From IMG/VR virus record IMGVR_UViG_2884411467_000001, positions 1-64,000 of that record: DNA of 64,000 nt. One strand, 5' to 3'. The DNA comes from a virus. Lineage: Duplodnaviria; Caudoviricetes. Positions 19,587 through 28,467 of this stretch are shown here, piece after piece; positions within the stretch are counted from its first letter, which is position 1; the number at the start of each line of letters is the position of its first letter. The translations under genes were made by a program, and so were the position numbers. Below the pieces are notes generated by a model, which was not told where the DNA came from, searched no databases, and worked only from the letters and a program-made list of their open reading frames with translations.

Positions 19587-21241
19587 CAGGTAGCCTCCGG
19601 TTTCTTCGCTACTTCGCTTGCCGGCGTATAGCCAGGAACCTGCATGCCGGCCCAGGTTGGTACCGGGATGCCGAGTTCAGTGAACTTCTCGATCTCGCGC
19701 TGCCGCTGATCCAATACCTCTTCCCAGTCGAGACCTTGCTCCATGCATTCGATCTGGAGCGTGGAGAGGCCTGCGTCCATTCCCAGCACGGATCCCTGCT
19801 TCTCAGCCACCGGATCGATCCACCCGCGCGCCGGCCCCATCCACTCCGCGCGGCTATACATGCCGCGACATTCAGCGAACGACGGCGCGCCAGATGGCAT
19901 CGGGTAGTCGTCGATATCCATGGACTCCTCGAGCCAGCAGCCGACAACGGGCTGGGCGAAGCCATGGCTGAAGTCGAACTGCCGACGCTTCAGCGTCTTG
20001 AATGCCTCCAGCAACGCGCCGCGCGCGGAGCTGTAGTTCGTATCCGACCAGTCATGACTCATCTGCTGGGCAGATAGGCCCGTCGCAGCAGCGAAATTGC
20101 GCAGGAACGTCTTTTCGAACTGCGCGAAATTCGTGTTCGGTCGCTCCGCCTTGACCGTATTGATCTTTTCACCCGGGAACAGGATCGGGACCTTTACCTC
20201 GCCAAGCATCGTCCGGCGATCATTGTGATAAGCGCTGCGCTCGTCCTGGTACTTGGAGAAGTCCGTGCTATCCCCCACGGCTTGCTCAAGGAGCTGCGGG
20301 TCAAACGGGCTTTCGAGGTATGCGCCAAACATCGAGTTGATGACCGCGGCATCGAGCTCGACAGAATCCATCTTCGCCAGCATCTTCATGCGCTGAAGAA
20401 TGGGCGTGAATATGCCGGCGCCGCCGCGATGCTGAGACGCACGGTCGTGATCAAAGTCGTGGACGATGATCGGCCGGCCCCAATCGGTCTCGCGCGGGAT
20501 CAGGTCCCAGCGGACGCTATCGGCAGCCGCCCACCAGTCACCCTGGTGCGCGCGTCGAATCCAGTAGCCGGTCGCCGCACCGTAGCGGTCAACTTCCACA
20601 CCGCCGCGCGACGACTCCTGGTCAAAGCGCTGCTGCGGATTGGAGAGGCGATCTGGGTCGATCAGCTGAATGCCAGTCGCATAGCGAGCGCGGCCAAGGC
20701 CAATCCGGTCCGGTAGCCAAACCATCTGAGCGAGCGCATCACCATCGATCAACTTGTGCCGGAACGCCAACCGCATGATCTGCGGGATCGTCAGTGACCG
20801 TTGTGCGTCGCAATACTTGTTCGAATCGAAAGCCCAACTGCGGTAGTTTGCTTCAGCAACCCGACCGAATTCGTGGGCCCACGATGCATCGAAAGCCTTG
20901 TTGCCGGTGTACGCGGCCAGCGCGCGGTAGTCCGGCCGAAATAAGGGCCGAAAGTGCCCGCCGATGGCGTTGTCGAGAATGCGGGTGACAGCGCCCGATG
21001 CCCAACCATCATTTCGGACCAGGTCGCGCACGCGCGCGACGATCCGGTCCCGGTACATGTTGAGCTCGCCGTCCGGCGAGTACAGATACGGACGCCAGGC
21101 CGCAACGTGTTGACCGGAGATGTCCGCTGCGTCATAGGGTGCATTTCCGCCCGGCGCGAGCATCCGCGCGCGATTGGGCAGTAATGGATTCCCTCGGGCA
21201 TCGAGGATCGTCGGCCCGTTGTCTGAGCGGCCTGCGCTCAT
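19586..21241 (-). CDS. Portal protein (lambda family)
   Basis: RVRDLVRNDGWA, NYSSAR and GPARGWIDP..E motifs. Confidence 0.9.
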   Translation of the reverse strand: MSAGRSDNGPTILDARGNPLLPNRARMLAPGGNAPYDAADISGQHVAAWRPYLYSPDGELNMYRDRIVARVRDLVRNDGWASGAVTRILDNAIGGHFRPLFRPDYRALAAYTGNKAFDASWAHEFGRVAEANYRSWAFDSNKYCDAQRSLTIPQIMRLAFRHKLIDGDALAQMVWLPDRIGLGRARYATGIQLIDPDRLSNPQQRFDQESSRGGVEVDRYGAATGYWIRRAHQGDWWAAADSVRWDLIPRETDWGRPIIVHDFDHDRASQHRGGAGIFTPILQRMKMLAKMDSVELDAAVINSMFGAYLESPFDPQLLEQAVGDSTDFSKYQDERSAYHNDRRTMLGEVKVPILFPGEKINTVKAERPNTNFAQFEKTFLRNFAAATGLSAQQMSHDWSDTNYSSARGALLEAFKTLKRRQFDFSHGFAQPVVGCWLEESMDIDDYPMPSGAPSFAECRGMYSRAEWMGPARGWIDPVAEKQGSVLGMDAGLSTLQIECMEQGLDWEEVLDQRQREIEKFTELGIPVPTWAGMQVPGYTPASEVAKKPEAT

Positions 21242-21513
21242 CGGAATACAGGACGCATCGGGTTACGAGGACGCGCCACAATCCCAAGCTGGGCCTGAAG
21301 CAGCTGGATTACTGCCGCCAGCTGGGCCAGGTTCGCGCGGGTATAGGTGACAGACTTCGTGCCGTCGCCCTGGGTATAGCTATAGCTCTCGCCCTTCGCA
21401 CCGGTGGAAAGGTCGATGTATGCCTGCTGCGCGGCAGCCAGAGATGCCTGAAGCTGCGCAGTCGGCATTCCAGCCAGCAAGCTGGTTGCCGGGTTGAACG
21501 GGATACAGCGCAT
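21238..21513 (-). CDS. Head completion protein (gpW-like)
   Basis: AYIDLSTG...SVTYTRANL..L...I..LQAQLG; lies between terL and portal. Confidence 0.75.
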   Translation of the reverse strand: MRCIPFNPATSLLAGMPTAQLQASLAAAQQAYIDLSTGAKGESYSYTQGDGTKSVTYTRANLAQLAAVIQLLQAQLGIVARPRNPMRPVFR

Positions 21514-21528
21514 GCAATGGCCTCCGGC

Positions 21529-23658
21529 TCAGGCGAGCCTGGATGTGATCGATTTCTTGCCGGGTTCGGCCCGGGTGACGCTTGGCCCCTTGGCCGGTTT
21601 GGCTGCGGGAGGCGCTGTTGAGGCGGGTGAATCGGCCTCTTGAGTTGCTTGCTCGGCCACGATCGAGAGCGCTGCCGCAATGTCTTCCGCACGGCGGTTG
21701 AGCTTCAGCCCAAAGTGCAACAAGCCGCACAGAGCCGCATATCCGTAGACGCGGCAATCGAGCGCTTCATTGGCCCGGCCAGGTCGCAACTCCCATACGC
21801 GGTAGCGCTGTCCGGCCTTCACCACCAACACAGATCGCTCAGCCGTGAGCTGCCCGAAGTAATTCAGATCGCGATCCGTCGGGAAGTGCATGTATCCCGG
21901 ACCGACGGCGTCCTTCGCCAACCGGCTGGTGATGGTGTCTTTGGCTGCATTCACGCCAATGATCACCGGCCGATAGGCCTTCTTGTTCCTGTTCGATGGC
22001 CTCGCGGTCGGCCATACCGGCGAGCGGCGACCGCTCCGTGCCGATTCGCCTTTCACCGCCCAGATACGTCGGCCGATCCGGGCCTTACAGAAGTCGTATA
22101 CGGATTGCGTGTGGTGGCCGCCAGAGTCAACGCAAGCAGCCATTACCTCGAACCCCCGCCCGTCACCGCGCATCCACCGGCGCTGCAGATACATGTCGAG
22201 CTGAACTTGAACCTTAGGGTCAGAGAACTCACCGTCGATCACGTGATAGGCGATCGACCACGACTCTTCGTTGCGGCCCCAGCCGATTACCTCGAGCTCG
22301 ACGCGGTAGTCCTGGACATCGACGCCGACCGTTATGACCGCAACGCCATCGGGTACGTCTGCGCCCCACACCTCGCAGCGTCCGGCCAACGCTTCGAGCT
22401 GGATTTCTTTCCCGGAGTGTCGGCGATAAGGCAAGCCAAGCTGCGTATTCCAGAAGGCCTGCTTTTTGTCCTCGTCGTCCTTCGCCGCGAGCCACTTGCG
22501 CGCGATGTCTGCCGGCTTGTCCTTCGACCAGGGGCTGTACAGCTTGCTGACCTGGAAGCCAGCGTGATCGTTTTCGACCGCCATGCGCCCGCAATCGGGA
22601 CATAGGGCTCGATAGACTTCGAAGCGGTCACTGGCCCACCAGGCCCAGACTCGATCTATCGCCCCCTCATAGCTTGCCTTCCACGCTTCCTCGTAGGCCT
22701 CCAGAGGCACGTGCCGCTGGCCACAGCAGGTGAATGGCCGCGTCTGGTGAAACCGAACTGTGGCGAGTGACCGTAATCTCTCGCCCTCCGACCACATGCA
22801 TGCGCAGTGCTCGCAGAAGATGCGCGCACTTTTGGTTTGATGCTGGCCGCCGTCTTTGTCCCATTCGACGTGCTTGAAGAAGTCGAGAAACTGCCGGTGT
22901 CCACAGTGCGGACAGCAGACCGAGGCCCGGCGCTGGTCGGACTCTGCATAGCTGTCAGCGATACGGCTCTCGTCTTCGACGGTCGGTGAGCACGCGCGTA
23001 CCGAAAGCCAGTTCGCACCGAAGCTTGCGGTGCGCTCTTCGGCGAGAGCGATCGGATCGCCCTCGCGAGTGATTGGGTACTTGTCGACCTCGTCCGCCAG
23101 CAACACGCGGATCGGACGGCGTGCCAAGTTGTCGGGGCTGCCTGCGCCAGCAAGGGCGAGGAAGCCACCAGGGAACGCCTTGTACAGCAGCGTCTCATCC
23201 GAGGACCGCGTTCGGCCGGAGCCGATCAACTCGCGGAGCACTGGGGTGACACGCAGAAGCGGCGTTATCCGCTCCTTTGAAAACTGCTCTGCCGCATCCT
23301 CTTTGGGCTGAAGCAATAACATCGGGCACGGGTCCAGGTGCGCGAAGTACCCGAACACGTTCTCCAGCAGCGCCGTCTTCAGCAGCTGCGTGCTCACCAT
23401 CACGGTGATGACGTGCACGCCAGGCTCAGTGACCGCGAGCATAGGCCCGCGCGCGACCTCCACTGTCGAGGTAGACCACTGCCCGGATGTGCTACCAGCC
23501 TCTTTAGCTAGCTTGCGGTACCGGTCTGCCCAGGCAGGAACGCTGATGCGAGGCGGCGGCGTCCAACCGCGTCGCCAGGCCAGCCCAAGCCGATACTCAC
23601 TGGTCGGCGTCGAAATGGACGTCGGGCTCGCCGAGCTGGCCGATGTGCTTATGGACAT
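21529..23658 (-). CDS. Terminase large subunit (lambda gpA family); start uncertain
   Basis: STQLLKT Walker-A variant, VLLADEVDKYP, CPHCG, GVDVQ..RVE and NEALDC motifs. Confidence 0.9.
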   Translation of the reverse strand: MSISTSASSASPTSISTPTSEYRLGLAWRRGWTPPPRISVPAWADRYRKLAKEAGSTSGQWSTSTVEVARGPMLAVTEPGVHVITVMVSTQLLKTALLENVFGYFAHLDPCPMLLLQPKEDAAEQFSKERITPLLRVTPVLRELIGSGRTRSSDETLLYKAFPGGFLALAGAGSPDNLARRPIRVLLADEVDKYPITREGDPIALAEERTASFGANWLSVRACSPTVEDESRIADSYAESDQRRASVCCPHCGHRQFLDFFKHVEWDKDGGQHQTKSARIFCEHCACMWSEGERLRSLATVRFHQTRPFTCCGQRHVPLEAYEEAWKASYEGAIDRVWAWWASDRFEVYRALCPDCGRMAVENDHAGFQVSKLYSPWSKDKPADIARKWLAAKDDEDKKQAFWNTQLGLPYRRHSGKEIQLEALAGRCEVWGADVPDGVAVITVGVDVQDYRVELEVIGWGRNEESWSIAYHVIDGEFSDPKVQVQLDMYLQRRWMRGDGRGFEVMAACVDSGGHHTQSVYDFCKARIGRRIWAVKGESARSGRRSPVWPTARPSNRNKKAYRPVIIGVNAAKDTITSRLAKDAVGPGYMHFPTDRDLNYFGQLTAERSVLVVKAGQRYRVWELRPGRANEALDCRVYGYAALCGLLHFGLKLNRRAEDIAAALSIVAEQATQEADSPASTAPPAAKPAKGPSVTRAEPGKKSITSRLA

Positions 23659-24211
23659 GCTGAGTGAGCGCCTCGGTTACCAAGTCGGCTTCCAGCCCGA
23701 GGTCTGCCGCAATCAGGGGGCCGACGCGCGCCGGCCAGTTGAGCCATGCATCCCGCGCGGCTCGTGCGCCCTCAAACAGAGCGCGCTCAGCCAGCTCGAG
23801 CGAAACCAGGGCTCCCGACTTCTCCTCGTATTCAAGTTTCCGGAGCAACGCGAGGTAGTTCTCTTTGCGCTCCAGCGCCTGCCCGTACGGCAGCATGTCG
23901 ACCACACCCGAATCGAGTAGTCGGTCGGCCCTCTCTTCCAATGACTCCTCATTGGCACGCGAGGCTGAGTCACTCGGAGCGGCGGCAGGTGCGAACACCT
24001 GTTCGCGCCTGTTCGCAGTGGTGTTCGCACCCGGTGCAGAGGGTTTTGCGCCGACCGCGTTGCCTTCGCGCCAGGCCGATCCGACGAGCGATGGATCGAT
24101 GCTCTTGTCTTCGGAAAGCCTTAACCGGCCTTGCTTTACAGCCCGTCGGACAAGCGTGTCCGACACACCTTCTCGGCGCGCGAACTCGCGAATGGAAATG
24201 CCATTGTTCAT
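23597..24211 (-). CDS. Terminase small subunit (Nu1-like)
   Basis: N-terminal wHTH (ISIREFARREGVSDTLVRRAV) and ARAARDAWLNWP motif. Confidence 0.8.
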   Translation of the reverse strand: MNNGISIREFARREGVSDTLVRRAVKQGRLRLSEDKSIDPSLVGSAWREGNAVGAKPSAPGANTTANRREQVFAPAAAPSDSASRANEESLEERADRLLDSGVVDMLPYGQALERKENYLALLRKLEYEEKSGALVSLELAERALFEGARAARDAWLNWPARVGPLIAADLGLEADLVTEALTQHVHKHIGQLGEPDVHFDADQ

Positions 24212-24369
24212 TTTATGGAACGATCACTGCGAACATGGTGCGAACACCTTTCGGACCCCATAGCTGGTGAATCATCGCGGCGCGCAATGCCCACGTTGCA
24301 GGAAGGCTCAGGAGGGACCCAAGAGGGGTGGGGGGGTGTCACCATGCAGGCCATGATGGTGACCCCTTC
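24212..24369. other. Putative cos / packaging initiation region
   Basis: Intergenic region upstream of terS; TGCGAACA repeats here (about 24228-24249) and inside terS (about 23990-24030); G-rich tract 24325-24337. Confidence 0.4.
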
Positions 24370-24996
24370 CTACTCGCGCGCAGTCGCCATCGCCTTTGCC
24401 ATGGCTGCACCGAAGACCGCGTTGAACCTGCGGTCAATGATCATCTGCGCATGGCTTCGATAGTTCAGCCGCTTCGGTACCGGCAACGCGTCACCGAATC
24501 GAATGAGAAGCTTGAGCGAGGCCTTCTTGCCACGCTTCGCAGGTATGCGTTGCCACACACCGTTGACGTCGCCGTGCGCAGTCTTCACAGGACCAATGAA
24601 CACGTCGCTGCGCGCCTTTAGGCGCTGCAGCGTGGAGCGAGTCAGCTGGCCGTACTGATCGAGCCTGATGTTCTTGGGGTTGAGCAACGCCCTGCCCGGC
24701 AGCTCGTGCTGGCCACCCGTTTCATAGGGAAGCAGATACTTCTGGGCGATCGGCTTGACATAGACCTTGGCGACCAAGCTGTCCTTGCGGGCACCGTGAA
24801 CGCCAATCGATTTCACAGTGAAGGGCTTGGGCTTCTTGAAGGTAGCGGCAATGTTGGCCGACTCAGTGATCGCGACTTCCTTCGCCAGCATGGTCAGAGC
24901 CGTCGCCGTAGCGAAGCCGATCTGCTTATAGGCCAGCGCAGACAGGCTCTTAGTAACGGCCTTGACGTTTGCCTTTACGGAAATCTCGATAGGCAA
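24370..24996 (-). CDS. Phage morphogenesis protein (HK97 gp10-like) / hypothetical
   Basis: QIGFATATALTMLAK...F.KP.PFT motif; conserved-type position upstream of terS. Confidence 0.55.
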   Translation of the reverse strand: MPIEISVKANVKAVTKSLSALAYKQIGFATATALTMLAKEVAITESANIAATFKKPKPFTVKSIGVHGARKDSLVAKVYVKPIAQKYLLPYETGGQHELPGRALLNPKNIRLDQYGQLTRSTLQRLKARSDVFIGPVKTAHGDVNGVWQRIPAKRGKKASLKLLIRFGDALPVPKRLNYRSHAQMIIDRRFNAVFGAAMAKAMATARE

Positions 24997-25005
24997 TGGG
25001 ACAGC

Positions 25006-25128
25006 CTATCGCCGCTTTGACCGCCGCCATCGCTTGATGTCGGCGATACCATCGGCCGCGAGCATGGCGACCACGCCCGTGGCCGCCAATGCAGACAACA
25101 CGGCGAAGAAAGTCTGCACCGCGTCCAC
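25006..25128 (-). CDS. 40-aa single-TM peptide (not in the ORF track)
   Basis: GTG start; MDAVQTFFAVLSALAATGVVAMLAADGIADIKRWRRSKRR; fills the gap in the operon. Confidence 0.4.
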   Translation of the reverse strand: MDAVQTFFAVLSALAATGVVAMLAADGIADIKRWRRSKRR

Positions 25129-25130
25129 GG

Positions 25131-25430
25131 TTACGCAGTAGGTGCAGCGGCCGGGGCTGCCTTCTTGAACAGTCCCGAAGTGTTGAAGATTGCGACCGCG
25201 GCATTGATGAGCGGAGTCAGGACACCACTCAGATTGGTCAGGGTTGCCACGTCCGCGCCAGCGGCAGTCAGAAAGGCATTCACCTTCTGCTCGGCTGCCT
25301 GCAGCTTGGCGCTACCAGTGATACCAGGCGCATTGGCCAGCGAGGATTCGACACTCTGCACCGCCTGATCGATCAGCGTGAACAGGTTGGGCACAAGCGA
25401 CAGCAGGGTGATGACGGACGAGAGGCTCAT
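25131..25430 (-). CDS. Hypothetical protein in the lysis region
   Basis: MSLSSVITLL... preceded by GGAG; ORF-track start revised. Confidence 0.6.
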   Translation of the reverse strand: MSLSSVITLLSLVPNLFTLIDQAVQSVESSLANAPGITGSAKLQAAEQKVNAFLTAAGADVATLTNLSGVLTPLINAAVAIFNTSGLFKKAAPAAAPTA

Positions 25431-25449
25431 GGATTGCTCCGGTTGACGT

Positions 25450-25800
25450 TCAAAGGATGGCGCCTCGGCGACGCAGGTCGTCGAGGCAGGCAGCGGTTCC
25501 GCGATGCTTGATGGCGTTGCGCTGGAAGACACCAGCGGCACCGATAGCCCAGATTCGCTGGTCGCTGATGTATTGCTTGGCGATGCGGAGCTCGGCGATG
25601 GCAGCTCCGTAGTCAGGGGGATCGAGGTCGAAACCGAGCCCGACAGGCGCGTTCGGATAGAGTCCCAAAGGCTCGAAAGGCTCATGTTCACCGCAACTCA
25701 CTATTGGCTTGGGCAATGGCGGCGTTGACGTCGTCGGATTGCTTGCGCAGCCCGGAAGGGCCAACAGCATCAGCGCGAGCGGTATCAGTGGCCTTTTCAT
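25450..25800 (-). CDS. o-spanin-like lipoprotein
   Basis: Signal peptide with lipobox LPGC; Pro-rich; overlaps the 3' end of the i-spanin-like ORF. Confidence 0.65.
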   Translation of the reverse strand: MKRPLIPLALMLLALPGCASNPTTSTPPLPKPIVSCGEHEPFEPLGLYPNAPVGLGFDLDPPDYGAAIAELRIAKQYISDQRIWAIGAAGVFQRNAIKHRGTAACLDDLRRRGAIL

Positions 25801-25981
25801 TTGCTTCCCTCGCCTGCTCCACCTGCTGGGAAACGGTGTCGCGAATGACTCCGCTCGCCGCTTCGGCAGTCGCTTGGTTGTTGGATGCCTTTACCGCGTC
25901 AGCAGCTTGTTTCCGCTTGAAGAGGAAGCCGGTCAGCGCGCTAAGCAACCCGCCTAACAGATCCGCGAGAAGTTCCAACAT
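25688..25981 (-). CDS. i-spanin-like protein
   Basis: N-terminal TM followed by a helical Ala/Gln-rich periplasmic segment. Confidence 0.6.
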   Translation of the reverse strand: MLELLADLLGGLLSALTGFLFKRKQAADAVKASNNQATAEAASGVIRDTVSQQVEQAREANEKATDTARADAVGPSGLRKQSDDVNAAIAQANSELR

Positions 25982-26240
25982 GTCGAAGCCCCAGTGGATT
26001 ACGGCCTACGAAGAGCAAAAGCGCATAGATGGCGAAACCGGCGTGCAGCAGCAGTGCCCACCACTGGACCGGGAAGCCCTCAGCGTTGTGGCCGATCCAC
26101 CCAAAGGAACCTGTGGTCACCAACCCGAAGGCTACGGACCTGATCGGGTGATGGAATGGGTTGAGCTGACGCAGAGCATCGCCAGCGCATAGCAGGATCA
26201 CCGCCAGCAATACGATGTCCAGCACGCTCAGGTAATTCAT
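25941..26240 (-). CDS. Small polytopic membrane protein (holin-associated)
   Basis: Three hydrophobic segments; ATGA-coupled to the upstream holin-like gene. Confidence 0.6.
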   Translation of the reverse strand: MNYLSVLDIVLLAVILLCAGDALRQLNPFHHPIRSVAFGLVTTGSFGWIGHNAEGFPVQWWALLLHAGFAIYALLLFVGRNPLGLRHVGTSRGSVRRVA

Positions 26241-26575
26241 TTCGCACTCCCATCCCCCTGTGTGGGTTGGGTGGATGCGTCGCCGAGCTGTTCATCGGCA
26301 CGACGGCTCACGGCCTTCTTTATGGCCGGGATGATGGACATGGCGCAGAGACCGATAACAAAGGCCGCGCCATTGTTGAGTTCGGGTCCAAGATTGAAAT
26401 GCTCCAGAATCGCCGGCGTGAGATAGGCCGCTGTGAGCGTGCCCACTACCACTGCGCCGATAGCCTGGGTGCGATTCAAGTTCTGGATGAAAGCCAGCGA
26501 GACGACGCCGCCAGCAAACCCTGCAATCGTGGTGCTGAGCTTGATACCCAGGGTGGCGCTCACCGGCTCAGTCAT
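26237..26575 (-). CDS. Putative holin
   Basis: TM segments IAGFAGGVVSLAF, AVVVGTLTAAYLTP and GAAFVIGLCAMS. Confidence 0.65.
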   Translation of the reverse strand: MTEPVSATLGIKLSTTIAGFAGGVVSLAFIQNLNRTQAIGAVVVGTLTAAYLTPAILEHFNLGPELNNGAAFVIGLCAMSIIPAIKKAVSRRADEQLGDASTQPTQGDGSAK

Positions 26576-27213
26576 GCGGCGGCTCCGAGTGCGCCAGCGT
26601 TATAAGTCTTCACGGTCGCGACCACGTTCGCGGGAACGGCGATCGCGGTACCTGCAGCCATGTCGTAAGCGCGGTCAATGACGCCACTATCGCCAGCCTG
26701 ATGGCCTGGCTGGGCGCCCATGACGCGTCGCGTCCAGCCCTGGCCGAATGTTGCGAACGTTGGCAGTCCCCGCAGGAAAGCCATACGTGCGTTGCAGATG
26801 GCATCCGTTAGCGCACTGATGCCATACGTCGAGCCATAGCTGACGATGGCCTGGATGGTTACCGGGCCGATCTGACCATCCTGCACGGTGTGAACGATTG
26901 CTTGCAGCGCGCGTGCGGCACGAGCGACGCCTGAATTCACGGCGAAATCGAAGGCGGCATAGTCCACGCCCAGCGGCAGGGCGTCGCCATTGATCATGTT
27001 CCAGTAGCGCCAGCGGTAAATCGCCCGAAGCTCCGCATCTGTCATCAGGCGAACCGACTGACGCGGCACCTTCCGACGGTCACGGTCATCGTCATAGACG
27101 GCCTGCGTCACTCCCTTGTAGGTAGCTCCGCCCGGGTCTTTCGGGTTGTTGACCCACCCGCCCTCATAGACCAGCGTCAGACTAAGGCTGGTGTCGAAAT
27201 TCGTCTGGCTCAT
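26572..27213 (-). CDS. Endolysin, glycoside hydrolase family 108
   Basis: EGGWVNNPKDPGGAT.KGVT catalytic motif, FDFAVNSG and F..GW.RR. Confidence 0.9.
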   Translation of the reverse strand: MSQTNFDTSLSLTLVYEGGWVNNPKDPGGATYKGVTQAVYDDDRDRRKVPRQSVRLMTDAELRAIYRWRYWNMINGDALPLGVDYAAFDFAVNSGVARAARALQAIVHTVQDGQIGPVTIQAIVSYGSTYGISALTDAICNARMAFLRGLPTFATFGQGWTRRVMGAQPGHQAGDSGVIDRAYDMAAGTAIAVPANVVATVKTYNAGALGAAA

Positions 27214-27451
27214 CGCGCTCGTGCCGCAAGAACGGCGATACATAGGTGGTCAGGCTTGGCGGGCGGTGCTTTTTACACTGCGAACCACGTGGGGAATCTC
27301 GTTGTCCACCGCAGCACGGCATCGGCTCACGCCGAGGCGCTGGTCGTGCATTCAGCGAGCCTGACCTTGAAACGACGCCGCGACGGGCCGTCTCCCGAAG
27401 GACTTACCCCGCATATCCACCTAGGGGCGCGCAGCGATTCGGAACGACGGC

Positions 27452-27676
27452 TTACTCCGCCGGCGTGAAGTCGATGAAATATTCCTTGTTCAGCTCAAGC
27501 AACCCGCACGCGTCCGGGTTGCTGATGAGCATCGTGAGCTGACCACCCGGGGTTGCCTGGGACCAGCTGTAGTTCGCGCTGGAAGGGTCCGACGAGTAAA
27601 CCGGGGAAAGCGATACTTGCTCGCCACCCTGATAGGGCTGCACAGAGTGAACTCGAAACTTGGCGCGGATAGACAT
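27452..27676 (-). CDS. Conserved-type small phage hypothetical protein
   Basis: MSIRAKFRV...WSQATPGGQLTMLISNP...YFIDFTPAE; GGAG RBS. Confidence 0.7.
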   Translation of the reverse strand: MSIRAKFRVHSVQPYQGGEQVSLSPVYSSDPSSANYSWSQATPGGQLTMLISNPDACGLLELNKEYFIDFTPAE

Positions 27677-27686
27677 GAGATGCTCC

Positions 27687-27715
27687 AAAAGAAAAGCCCC
27701 GAACTGGGCGGGGCT
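27687..27715 (-). terminator. Terminator downstream of Q (tR'-like position)
   Basis: AGCCCCG-7 nt-CGGGGCT followed by TTTCTTTT on the minus strand. Confidence 0.65.
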
Positions 27716-27789
27716 GTATCAAAATGAGTGGTCGCACGAAGCGGCAGAATCATTGTAGTGACCAAAACCGGAAGCGCCTATTCCGGAAA

Positions 27790-28467
27790 TTAGGCAGCTG
27801 CGCGTTCGAGCGCACGACTCGCAGCCGCCAAGCCATCAGCACAGTGATCCATCAGCCACGTGTACACGTAATGCCACGTCTTGCGGTAGGCATCCTCTTT
27901 GATGCCAAGCGCGCCTGCCCGGTCGACGTTCTTCGACGGGATGACGCCCTGCTCCTGGCACCGGCCACACGGCTTGGGGCCTGTTCTCGACGCGACCTCT
28001 TTCCTTCCCTCGCAATCGGGGCACTGCCGTGGCGAAAGGATCTCCGCCAGCACCGCCGGGGCAAGACGCGCATATGCAGGATTCGGCAGCCGGATCTCGT
28101 TCTGCACCTCGTCAACGCTCGGCCAGCGATTCTCGTGCGCTGAGGCGTACATGCCCTGGGCCCGGCGCAACGCGAAGCGGTCGGAGCTGATGGCAATGGC
28201 CAGCGTCGCGTCCAGCATGGCGTTCTCCCGTCGGCGGTACTCGGCCATCAGCTCGGCGTTCATGGCATTGAGCGCGTGGTGCTGGAGCGACCAGCGACTG
28301 TCCGGCCACCAGTAGAGGCACAGCAGGTCTCGGCCGAGGCCACGCGGCACCATGCCCAGGGCGCCAGCGATATCCGACGATGTCAGCTCAGGTAGTCCGC
28401 CACTGCCGATATCGAATCGGACGTTCTTCGGGTGCAGGCGCGCCAGCAGATAGGCGGGGTGCGTCAT
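27790..28467 (-). CDS. Late antiterminator Q-like protein
   Basis: ELTSSDIAGALGMV N-terminus and CPDCEG...CGRCQEQG zinc motif; immediately upstream of the lysis/late operon. Confidence 0.75.
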   Translation of the reverse strand: MTHPAYLLARLHPKNVRFDIGSGGLPELTSSDIAGALGMVPRGLGRDLLCLYWWPDSRWSLQHHALNAMNAELMAEYRRRENAMLDATLAIAISSDRFALRRAQGMYASAHENRWPSVDEVQNEIRLPNPAYARLAPAVLAEILSPRQCPDCEGRKEVASRTGPKPCGRCQEQGVIPSKNVDRAGALGIKEDAYRKTWHYVYTWLMDHCADGLAAASRALERAAA

